A stretch of DNA of 64,000 bases from Clostridia bacterium (GTDB lineage Bacteria; Bacillota; Clostridia; Oscillospirales; CAG-272), in NCBI GenBank assembly GCA_017387685.1, contig JAFOEU010000055.1:17602-81601 (forward strand), given 5' to 3'. Below, in pieces: positions 56,001 to 64,000 of the stretch (the stretch's first letter is position 1; the number at the start of each line of letters is the position of its first letter). The notes below the pieces were generated by a model. The model had not been told where the DNA came from. It did not search any database and saw nothing but the letters and a program-made list of their open reading frames with translations. The position numbers and the translations under genes were made by a program.

Positions 56001-57662
56001 ATGCCGCTTCGCGAACAGTCGAAGACAAAACGCCGCGAAATTCGCGGGATAGGCATCGGTGAATGGGCAGTCTGGGGTAAAATACGCTTCGTTTCATCGG
56101 AGATCCCCACAAAAACGCTCGCTTACCGCGGTATGCGCGAGGAAAAAGAGGCTCTTGCGTCGGCTCTTACCGAGGCGCGTGCCGAAATTGCGGCAATCGG
56201 AAGGCGCACTCTCGCCGCGGCGGGCAGGGAGGCGGCGTCAATCTTTGAAATTCACGAAATGCTCCTCTGTGATCCCGATTTTCTCGATCTCGTAAATTCC
56301 GCGATCGAGTCGGGCACCCCCGCCGCGGATGCCGTAGCGTCTGCGGGCGAGTCGCTTGCGGGCGTTTTCGAGGGGCTTGACGATGAATACCTATCTGCTC
56401 GTGCGGCTGATATGCGCGACGTCAGCTCGCGGGTGCGGCGCATTCTCCTCGGAGGCAAAAGCGAGAAAAAGAGCGGTGAAGGACAGATGATCCTTGTCGC
56501 TCGTGACCTCTCCCCCGGCGATACCGCAGGACTCGACACCGCTTGTGTGACGGGTTTTGTTACTTTTGCGGGTTCTGTCAACTCACATACCGCGATCCTT
56601 GCGCGCGCGATGGACATCCCCGCACTCGTCCGCGCCGAGGAGTTTTCAAAGGAGCTTGAAGGTGCGTCGGCGATCCTCGATCCCGAATCCGGGCGGCTTT
56701 TGATCAATCCGACGGCAGAGGAAATGAGCCGCCTTGCGGACATTACTGCCAAGCGCGAGGCTGAGCGGAGCCGACTTCGCACTCTTTCGGCACTCCCCGC
56801 CGTCACGAAAAGCGGGCGGCGCATCGCGCTTTACGCCAATATCGGCTCGCCCGCCGAGGCAGAGGCGGCACACCGAAGCGGCGCGGAGGGCATCGGGCTT
56901 TTCCGCAGTGAGTTTTTATTTATGGGCAGGGGCGATCTGCCGAGCGAGGACGAGCAATACGAGGCGTACAGCCGTGTGGCACGGCTTTTTTCGGATCGAA
57001 CGGGTCCTATCGTGATCCGAACGCTCGACGTCGGCGCGGACAAGGCACTCCCCGCGCTCGGAAGCGAAGCGGAGGACAATCCCGCGCTCGGTATGCGCGG
57101 AATCAGGCTTTGCCTTGAAAAAACCGCGATATTCCGCACCCAGCTTCGCGCCATCCTGCGCGCTTCTGCGCACGGACGGGTTGCGATAATGCTCCCGATG
57201 GTTACGAATATCGACGAAATTCGGCGCACCAAGCGTTTGATTGCCGAGGAAAAGAACCGACTTCGCTTTGAGGAGATCGAATTTGACGAAAATATCGGTG
57301 TCGGCATAATGATCGAAACGCCCGCCGCCGCGATAATGGCAAAGGAGCTCGCGGGCGAGTGCGACTTTTTCTCGGTCGGCACAAACGATCTCTTTCAGTA
57401 CACGCTTGCCGCCGACCGACAAAACTCGCGCCTCGCATATCTGACCGAAGCGGAAAGCGGTCTTGAACCCGTGCTTCGGCTCATTCGCCTTGCATCCGAC
57501 GGAATCCACGCGGCGGGCGAGGACAAATGGATAGGCATCTGCGGCGAAATGGCGGCGGACACCGCGCTGACCGAAGCACTTCTTGGTGCAGGCGCAGACG
57601 AGCTGTCGGTTTCGACGCCGTATATTGCGCGGGTGAAAGAGAAAATCAGAGGAATTGAGTAG
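56001..57662 (+). CDS. ptsI: PEP-protein phosphotransferase (PTS enzyme I)
   Basis: SHTAILAR, GIGLFRSEF, IRTLDVGADK, NPALGMRGIR, SVGTNDL, GICGE. Confidence 0.94.
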   Translation: MPLREQSKTKRREIRGIGIGEWAVWGKIRFVSSEIPTKTLAYRGMREEKEALASALTEARAEIAAIGRRTLAAAGREAASIFEIHEMLLCDPDFLDLVNSAIESGTPAADAVASAGESLAGVFEGLDDEYLSARAADMRDVSSRVRRILLGGKSEKKSGEGQMILVARDLSPGDTAGLDTACVTGFVTFAGSVNSHTAILARAMDIPALVRAEEFSKELEGASAILDPESGRLLINPTAEEMSRLADITAKREAERSRLRTLSALPAVTKSGRRIALYANIGSPAEAEAAHRSGAEGIGLFRSEFLFMGRGDLPSEDEQYEAYSRVARLFSDRTGPIVIRTLDVGADKALPALGSEAEDNPALGMRGIRLCLEKTAIFRTQLRAILRASAHGRVAIMLPMVTNIDEIRRTKRLIAEEKNRLRFEEIEFDENIGVGIMIETPAAAIMAKELAGECDFFSVGTNDLFQYTLAADRQNSRLAYLTEAESGLEPVLRLIRLASDGIHAAGEDKWIGICGEMAADTALTEALLGAGADELSVSTPYIARVKEKIRGIE

Positions 57663-57670
57663 CTTAGGGG

Positions 57671-57812
57671 AATCTCGCTTCGCGAGAGTGATAATCTCGC
57701 TTCGCTCGAGTGATAATCCGCCTTCGGCGGAGTGATAATCTCGCTTCGCGAGAGTGATAATTTGCCCCTTGGGGGCAAAATGAAGGTAAATTTTTGCTTC
57801 GCAAAAATTTTC
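57671..57812 (-). repeat. GTGATAA/mini-hairpin array + TGAAGGT + leader after the ptsI stop
   Basis: Five hairpins separated by GTGATAA; inverted partner at 58606-58689. Confidence 0.85.
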
Positions 57813-57919
57813 CACTATTAAAAAAGACCAAAGTTTTTGAGGTTTCAACTTTCTTATGCGCTCCACGTTTTTTCAAAAAACGGCGCAAGTCAAAATGATC
57901 GACTTGCACCGTAAAATTA

Positions 57920-58546
57920 TTAAATTACCTCTATACCGTTTGAAGCTGCAAAATAAAACTTTCCAAAATCCATTTTTGCTCCGTCGCTGATCCTGACAGC
58001 CGTTCGATGCGATTTTCCGTCAAAATTCAATTTCAACGGTTTGGTTATGTCTTTTATCCTTGAAACAAGGACCTGAAATGTCTCGAAATCGTCAAGAGCA
58101 TCTTGCGTAACGATACAGTCCGAATCGGGATATTCGACTTTCATAGGGAACGAAAGGCACAAACCGCAGGTGTTTTCGGGATATTGCAGGACGGAAAATG
58201 ACGTTGAAAGCGTGCCGCGATAGGGCAAAAAGCAGAAGGTATCAATTATCGGACAGGGCTCTGCAAAATTCGGCACACTCAATCTTGCGGTGGACTTGTA
58301 AACGCAGTTTTCGGGGTGTGCGGTAATTCCGACAGCGAAAAAACTGTTCGTCAGCTTTTCACCGCTTTTAAGCTTTTGATATAATTTCTCATAAGCGGAG
58401 AAAAATTCATTGGGATCACTCTCGGTGTAATTTTTAGGGACACCCGTATTGACAACGACGTGGTGAAAATCTTTTAGTATTTTAGGAAGCTCGTCGGGTG
58501 TGACGATAAAACAGAGGTTTTTCATCGCCAATTCAAAATATTGCAT
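57920..58546 (-). CDS. hypothetical protein inserted antisense within the pts cluster
   Basis: Open ~208-aa frame, AT-richer than flanks, own TTGAAA-N17-TATAAT promoter (58571-58599). Confidence 0.65.
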   Translation of the reverse strand: MQYFELAMKNLCFIVTPDELPKILKDFHHVVVNTGVPKNYTESDPNEFFSAYEKLYQKLKSGEKLTNSFFAVGITAHPENCVYKSTARLSVPNFAEPCPIIDTFCFLPYRGTLSTSFSVLQYPENTCGLCLSFPMKVEYPDSDCIVTQDALDDFETFQVLVSRIKDITKPLKLNFDGKSHRTAVRISDGAKMDFGKFYFAASNGIEVI

Positions 58547-58605
58547 CACAACACCGCCTTTCTTAATTTTATTATAGCATAAACCGCACGGTATTTCAAG
58601 TGCGT

Positions 58606-58689
58606 TTTTCGCGAAGCAAAATTATCACTCCGCCGAAGGCGGATTATCACTCTCACGAAGTGAGATTATCACTCGCGCAAAGCGCGACA
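58606..58689 (+). repeat. TTATCAC/mini-hairpin array upstream of the EIIA gene
   Basis: TTATCAC tccgccGAAggcgga TTATCAC tctcacGAAgtgaga TTATCAC tcgcgcaaagcgcga. Confidence 0.85.
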
Positions 58690-58704
58690 GAAAGGAACAA
58701 AATT

Positions 58705-59154
58705 ATGAAAACCACCATTCTTTCCCCCGTAGACGGCACCGTCATCTCCCTCGATCGCGTGCCCGACGAGGCGTTTGCTTCGGGGATGCTTGGCGACGGT
58801 TTTGCCGTCGAGCCCGAAAACGGGGATATTTGCGCGCCCGTGGCGGGCAAGATCGTGTCGATCAGCGAAAGCCGACACGCATATTCCATCGCCGCCGACT
58901 TCGGAGATCTGCTCGTTCATATCGGAATCGACACGATCGGGGTGCCCGAGGCATTTCTGCCCATCGCCATGGTCGGCGATTACGTCGCTGCGGGTCAGCC
59001 GATCGCACGCGCCGACCTTGATATGATCAAAAAAGCCGGACTTTCGCCCGTGATCCCCGTCCTGATCACCGATCTCCGCACATCGGGTACAATCAAGAAA
59101 AATTACGGCAAAGCGCGCGGCGGCAAGGATGTTGCGATGTATTTGACAAAATAG
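58705..59154 (+). CDS. crr: PTS glucose-family EIIA component
   Basis: VPDEAFASGMLGDGFA, RHAY, LVHIGIDT. Confidence 0.88.
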   Translation: MKTTILSPVDGTVISLDRVPDEAFASGMLGDGFAVEPENGDICAPVAGKIVSISESRHAYSIAADFGDLLVHIGIDTIGVPEAFLPIAMVGDYVAAGQPIARADLDMIKKAGLSPVIPVLITDLRTSGTIKKNYGKARGGKDVAMYLTK

Positions 59155-59181
59155 ACGAAATAAAGGTGAATTTTAATCAAA

Positions 59182-59263
59182 AGCAAGTGTGAACAAAGCG
59201 TTCTCGATGTTCCCTCCGCAGAGGGTGATGAGGGGACACCGAGAACGCTTTGTTCGCACTTGC
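59182..59263. repeat. collapsed REP-like hairpin of the same family as 33381-33720
   Basis: gcaagtgtgaacaaagcgttctcg ... gggtgatgaggggacac cgagaacgctttgttcgcacttgc. Confidence 0.7.
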
Positions 59264-59313
59264 AAACGACACTGTACATTACTTAATACGGGTAAAAGAA
59301 AGGAATTTTTAAT

Positions 59314-60960
59314 ATGAACGCAACAAAATCTGCTCCCGAGAAGCGCGATTCGAGGCTTTTTGGGGTGCTTCAAAGGGTCGGGCGATCGTTTATGCTCCCG
59401 ATCGCGCTATTGCCGATCGCGGGTCTCCTGCTCGGAGTCGGCGCGTCGCTGACGAATGCGGCAATGATCGAAAGCTACAATCTCGAGAGTATTCTCGGCG
59501 AGGGAACGGTGCTCAATTGGATTTTGACAGTCCTATCGGCGGTCGGCTCGATCATTTTCGACAATCTGCCGATCATTTTTGCAATGGGTGTCGCACTCGG
59601 TATGGCGGAAAGCGAAAAGGCGACCGCAACTCTCTCGGCAGCGATCGCGTTTTTCGTAATGCACGCGACGATCTCAACTCTCCTCGACCTCACCGGCAAG
59701 GCGACCGACGGAAGCCTCCACGAGGGAAGTATCGCGCAGGTCGTCGGCATCAACTCGCTCCAGATGGGCGTTTTCGGCGGAATAATCGTCGGTCTCGGCG
59801 TCGCCGCGCTCCATAACAAGTTCTATAAGATCAAGCTCCCCACCGTCATCTCCTTTTTCGGCGGCACGCGGTTTATTCCGATCATTTCGACGGTCGTTTA
59901 CGTCGTGGTCGGCGCTGTGATGTTCTTCGTTTGGCCCTTTATTCAGGAGGGAATCTTCGCGCTCGGTAATCTCGTGCTGAATTCAGGGTACGTCGGTACG
60001 GCGATCTACGGTTTTATCGAGCGAATTCTCATTCCCTTCGGACTTCATCACGTTTTCTACCTGCCATTCTGGCAGACGGGCGTGGGCGGTAACGCGATCG
60101 TGGACGGAAATCTCATCATGGGCGCGCAGAATATCTTCTTTGCCGAGCTTGCAAGCCCCTCGACCGAGGTCTTTTCGGTGTCGGCAACGAGATTTATGTC
60201 GGGTAAATTCCCCTTTATGATCTTCGGACTCCCCGGCGCGGCGCTTGCGATGTATACGACAGCGAAGCGCGAGCGCCGCAAGATCGCGGGCGGACTTCTG
60301 CTTTCGGCATCCCTCACGGCAATGCTGACGGGAATCACCGAGCCGATCGAGTTCACCTTTCTCTTCGTCGCGCCCGCGCTCTACCTTTTCCATTCGCTTT
60401 TTGCGGGACTTTCCTATATGTTCACGCACGTATTCAACGTCGGCGTCGGAATGACATTCTCGGGCGGTATCATCGACCTTTTGCTATTCGGAGTGCTTCA
60501 AGGCAACGAAAAGACGAACTGGACGGCAATAATTCCGATAGGAATCGCGTATTTTATCCTCTATTTCCTGCTTTTCAGATTTATGATAAGGAAATTCGAC
60601 TACCTCACGCCCGGCAGAGAAGAGGACGGCGAAACGAAGCTCTATACTCGTGCGGACTATAACGAAAAGAAAAAATCCGAGGTCGCGGGCGAGCCTCAGA
60701 TGTCGGCGGCGGACGTCGGACTTGAAAGCACGTCATCCCTCATAGTGCGCGGACTCGGTGGGCGGGAGAATATCAAGAACGTCGATTGCTGTGCGACCCG
60801 TCTGCGAGTGACCGTAAACGATTCAGCGCTCGTGAACGATGCTCTGCTGAAAAAAAGCGGCGCAGCGGGAGTGATCAGGCGAGGAAGCGGAGTTCAGGTA
60901 GTGTACGGTCCGCAGGTAAGCGTGATCAAGAGTGAGCTGGATGAGTTTTTGAAGGGGTGA
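59314..60960 (+). CDS. PTS glucose/maltose-family EIICB component
   Basis: LQRVGRSFMLPIALLP, PFGLHH, GITEPIEF, TPGRE linker, DCCATRLR. Confidence 0.92.
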   Translation: MNATKSAPEKRDSRLFGVLQRVGRSFMLPIALLPIAGLLLGVGASLTNAAMIESYNLESILGEGTVLNWILTVLSAVGSIIFDNLPIIFAMGVALGMAESEKATATLSAAIAFFVMHATISTLLDLTGKATDGSLHEGSIAQVVGINSLQMGVFGGIIVGLGVAALHNKFYKIKLPTVISFFGGTRFIPIISTVVYVVVGAVMFFVWPFIQEGIFALGNLVLNSGYVGTAIYGFIERILIPFGLHHVFYLPFWQTGVGGNAIVDGNLIMGAQNIFFAELASPSTEVFSVSATRFMSGKFPFMIFGLPGAALAMYTTAKRERRKIAGGLLLSASLTAMLTGITEPIEFTFLFVAPALYLFHSLFAGLSYMFTHVFNVGVGMTFSGGIIDLLLFGVLQGNEKTNWTAIIPIGIAYFILYFLLFRFMIRKFDYLTPGREEDGETKLYTRADYNEKKKSEVAGEPQMSAADVGLESTSSLIVRGLGGRENIKNVDCCATRLRVTVNDSALVNDALLKKSGAAGVIRRGSGVQVVYGPQVSVIKSELDEFLKG

Positions 60961-61042
60961 TTTCGCTTGCAGAAAAAGGATTCAGAACCTATATTTGCGC
61001 ACTTAATTGGGTGTTGAAAGCGTTCGTTCGGGTTAAAAATAT

Positions 61043-61206
61043 CACGCCGAAGGCGTGTATATCATCAATTCCGAAGGAATTGCATATCATCAACACGAAG
61101 TGTTGTATATCATCAAGCCGCAAAAATACACGCTTCGCGTGATGATATACGCCTTCGGCGATGATATACACGCTTCGCGTGATGATATACCAAGCCTGCG
61201 GCTTGG
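61043..61206. repeat. head-to-head TATATCATC / GATGATATAC-linker mini-hairpin arrays
   Basis: GAA-loop hairpins with TATATCATC linkers on the left, TTC-loop hairpins with GATGATATAC linkers on the right. Confidence 0.8.
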
Positions 61207-61207
61207 A

Positions 61208-61241
61208 TAAAAAATCCGAGAACAAAGTTCTCGGATTTTTT
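61208..61241 (-). terminator. terminator after tRNA-Arg(CCG)
   Basis: aaaaatccgagaac-aaa-gttctcggattttt. Confidence 0.8.
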
Positions 61242-61317
61242 GGCCTGCCCGAAAGGATTCGAACCTTCGACCTTCAGAGTCGGAGTCTGACGCGCTATCC
61301 AGCTGTGCCACGGGCAG
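61241..61317 (-). tRNA. tRNA-Arg(CCG)
   Basis: CTGCCCG...CGGGCAG-G-CCA; anticodon arm tcaga-ctCCGac-tctga; GGTTCGAATCC. Confidence 0.93.
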
Positions 61318-61441
61318 ATGTTTGGTTGACCTAATAATTATACAACTTCCCGTCCGAAAAGTCAAGTATTTTTTGTCGCACGGCTTGACTTTTTACCCAT
61401 ATTATTATATAATGAAGAAAACCACTTTCGGAGGTTACATT

Positions 61442-63121
61442 ATGAGCTTACTTGGACGCGCTTGCGATAAAGAATTTTGGGCTGAGGTCAGAGAAAAGGA
61501 CTGCTATGCCCGTTTTCGCAACGAAAATTTAGCCATCTGGAACAATTGCTGTGAGGGAAAGCCTATTTCCGAGCTGACCTACAGCCTTTTCAAGATATAT
61601 TCTGTCACGGGTAGCCGCAGCGAATTTGAAGATGTTTATTTTGATCGCCGCCGTCGAATGAATGCCTGCACCTTCCTTTCTCTGATCTATCCCGAGGAGG
61701 AAAAATATTTCGCGTATCTTCAGGACATCCTTTTCGCGGTTCTTGGCGAATACACATGGTGCTTGCCGGCACATTACAGCCACGCGGATAAGGATGGCAG
61801 CCTTATGGTCGACCTTTTTGCCGCAGAAACCGGCTTTGCGCTTGCGGAGATATACACGATGCTTCGCGACCGTCTTGATCCGATCGTTGAAGCACGTATC
61901 AAAAAAGAGATCGACCGCCGCATCATCAAGCCCTACGTCACCAAGCTCAATAGGCTTTGGTGGGAAAAAGGTGAAAACAACTGGGCGGCTGTTTGCGTTG
62001 GATCGGTTGGATGCACGATTATGCTTCTTTTCCCCGAGCTGTTCCCCGACCTTCGCGACCGTATTTCCGAAACTATGGAATGCTATCTTCGCGGCTTTGC
62101 GGATGACGGCTTCTGCGTTGAGGGATCGGGCTATTGGCACTACGGCTTCGGATTCTTCACCGTCTACGCCGATATGGTCAAGAAATTTACGGGCGGCGAG
62201 ATCGACTATTTCACCCGCCCCAAGGTTCGTGCGGTTGCGACCTATATCCAAAAAATGTTCCTCTCGGGTCATACCTCGGTCAGCTTTGCCGACTCGGGCG
62301 CGTATCTTTCATACCACATCGGTCTTGTTCACTATCTCAAGTCGGTCTATCCCGACGATGTGATCGCTTATGACCGCTCGCTTTCATATAATTACGACGG
62401 TTGCGCGCGCTTCTGCCTGCATCTTCGTGCCGCGCTTTGGTACTGTGAGGACTACGACACAGGCGAGCTTCCGAATGACTCCTGCACATTCTTTGCAGAG
62501 GGCGCGCAGTGGTACATCAAAAAGACCTCTGCCTACGGCTTCGCGGCGAAGGGCGGACACAACAAGGAATCGCACAACCACAACGACGTCGGATCGTTTA
62601 TTTTCGCGAAAAACGGTGTTCAGATCCTCGCCGACCCCGGCACGGGTAAATATTGCAAGCAGTATTTCAGTAAAGAAAGATACGAATTTTTCCATACCCG
62701 AACTCTCGGTCACAGCCTTCCCACCTTCGGCGGTGCAGAACAGAAGGAGGGACTTGACTATGCGGCGCGCGACGTGCGCGTCGAGGGCGAGGATTTCGTC
62801 CTCGATATCGCGCCTGCATACGGAATTTCAGAGCTTTCGAAGTGCGAGCGCCGATTCTCCTTCACCGAAACGAGCGCGACCGTCACCGACAGCTTTGATT
62901 ACAGCGGCGACGTAATAGTAGAGCGCGTGGTTTCCATGCGCGAGCCGACGGAGATCGAAAGCGGTAAGATCGCGATTCTCGACTCGGTTCTGACCTACGA
63001 TGCCGATGCGGTAGAGACGGTCAAGATCGAAAAGCAGTCATCCCCCGGCACAGCGGATTGCTATACAGTTGATTTCGTGCTCAAAAACGGCACTCTAAAA
63101 TTCGTTTATTCTATAAATTGA
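61442..63121 (+). CDS. heparinase II/III family protein
   Basis: WCLPAH, DLFAAET, NNWAAVC, EGSGYWHYG, KGGHNKESHNHNDVGSF; GGAGG RBS before 61442. Confidence 0.82.
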   Translation: MSLLGRACDKEFWAEVREKDCYARFRNENLAIWNNCCEGKPISELTYSLFKIYSVTGSRSEFEDVYFDRRRRMNACTFLSLIYPEEEKYFAYLQDILFAVLGEYTWCLPAHYSHADKDGSLMVDLFAAETGFALAEIYTMLRDRLDPIVEARIKKEIDRRIIKPYVTKLNRLWWEKGENNWAAVCVGSVGCTIMLLFPELFPDLRDRISETMECYLRGFADDGFCVEGSGYWHYGFGFFTVYADMVKKFTGGEIDYFTRPKVRAVATYIQKMFLSGHTSVSFADSGAYLSYHIGLVHYLKSVYPDDVIAYDRSLSYNYDGCARFCLHLRAALWYCEDYDTGELPNDSCTFFAEGAQWYIKKTSAYGFAAKGGHNKESHNHNDVGSFIFAKNGVQILADPGTGKYCKQYFSKERYEFFHTRTLGHSLPTFGGAEQKEGLDYAARDVRVEGEDFVLDIAPAYGISELSKCERRFSFTETSATVTDSFDYSGDVIVERVVSMREPTEIESGKIAILDSVLTYDADAVETVKIEKQSSPGTADCYTVDFVLKNGTLKFVYSIN

Positions 63122-63131
63122 GAGGCAAAAA

Positions 63132-64000
63132 ATGATCATCACGGTTGATTGCGGCACGACAAATATGCGCTGCCGCCTGTTTGACGAAAAAAAGCTTATA
63201 GATCAGGAGCGCGCGAAGTGCGGCATCCGCGACGGCGCGTTCCTCGGCTCGACCGACATATTAAAGGAAACGCTCTCGCGCTTGATAAAGACACTTCTCG
63301 AGCGCAATTCGCTCACCGAGGGCGATATCGAGGTCGTGATCTCCTCGGGAACGCTCGCAAGCGACGTCGGAATCCACAAAATTCCGCACGCGATCTGCCC
63401 CGCGTGGATCCCCGAGAGTGTAAAGGCGGCGGAAATGGTGAAAATGGAGGAGGTTACGGGCATTCCGATCCTCTTTATCCCCGGCGTTAAGACTCTACCC
63501 TCACCCGATGCCGACCTTGAAACCAAGATCGTGACCTACGAGTCGATGAGCGGCGAGGAAAGCGAGATCTACGGCATCAGCGAATCGCTCGGTCTGCCCG
63601 ATGACTTTATTATCACCCTCCCTGGCTCGCATAATAAGGTAATGGAGGTGACGGGCGGCAAGATCTGCTCGATCAGAAGCGGCCTTTGCGGCGAGTTTAT
63701 CGCATCGATCTCGGAGCACACGATGCTCAAGAGCGCACTTCCGAACCCCGTTATCCGCGAAATCCTGCCCGAAATGCTCACCCTCGGCTGGCGAATGGCG
63801 GATAAATACGGACTTTCCCCTATGCTCATCAAGGCGAGAATGCTCCAGCTCCTCGGCGGCTACAGTCAGGACGAGGCGGCAAACTTCTTCGTCGGCGCAC
63901 TTCTGCACGACGATATTCAGACCGTTGCCCGAATCGCGGCAAAGCCCGAATCGAAGGGCAAGCCCGTCGTAGTCGGCGGCGGAGATCCGCTCAAGACGGT
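63132..64000 (+). CDS. dgoK: 2-dehydro-3-deoxygalactonokinase-like protein (truncated by window end)
   Basis: Manual translation MIITVDCGTTNMRCRL...SGTLASDVGI..IPH...PGVK...MSGEESE...LPGSHNK. Confidence 0.7.
   Translation, partial: MIITVDCGTTNMRCRLFDEKKLIDQERAKCGIRDGAFLGSTDILKETLSRLIKTLLERNSLTEGDIEVVISSGTLASDVGIHKIPHAICPAWIPESVKAAEMVKMEEVTGIPILFIPGVKTLPSPDADLETKIVTYESMSGEESEIYGISESLGLPDDFIITLPGSHNKVMEVTGGKICSIRSGLCGEFIASISEHTMLKSALPNPVIREILPEMLTLGWRMADKYGLSPMLIKARMLQLLGGYSQDEAANFFVGALLHDDIQTVARIAAKPESKGKPVVVGGGDPLKT

Noticed and set aside
59182-59263. RAT antiterminator before the PTS EIICB gene
   Set aside because: Sequence matches the REP-like family at 33381-33720 rather than a RAT consensus, and no BglG-type regulator is nearby.
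14584-61241. Genomic island between two tRNA-Arg(CCG) direct repeats
   Set aside because: The interval holds core genes (arg, mnmG, parAB), has no integrase, and the shared part is the tRNA 5' portion rather than the usual 3' att fragment.

Overview
Chromosomal window from a probably spore-forming Clostridia-like Firmicute (SpoIIQ-like M23 protein, mnmG-rsmG-parA-parB with four parS sites). Housekeeping content: an arginine biosynthesis operon (argC-J-B-D-F), rarA, a P-type Ca2+ ATPase, an Fe/B12-type ABC importer, a self-contained glucose-family PTS locus, glycan catabolism genes (GH127, heparinase II/III, dgoK), three ECF sigma/anti-sigma pairs, an MBOAT/DHHW O-acylation cluster, three BspA-type LRR proteins and two tRNA-Arg genes plus a degenerate tRNA-Arg copy. 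The most unusual signal is intergenic. A modular repeat system consists of a leader hairpin, an ACCTT(C/A)A core and tandem 7-9 nt units, often each carrying a GNA-loop mini-hairpin. These arrays almost always point outward to the nearest gene boundary. As inverted pairs they bracket cargo inserted into operons: an Avd/IVS-like four-helix-bundle gene in the arg operon with a perfect 40-bp inverted repeat, and an orphan gene in the pts operon. They also adjoin a six-copy ~170-nt element whose stems covary. A second highlight is an unannotated 38-aa ORF behind an ECF-type promoter and a uORF, ending in an FtsZ-tail-like LPAFLR motif. All calls were made by eye from motifs; no database searches were run.
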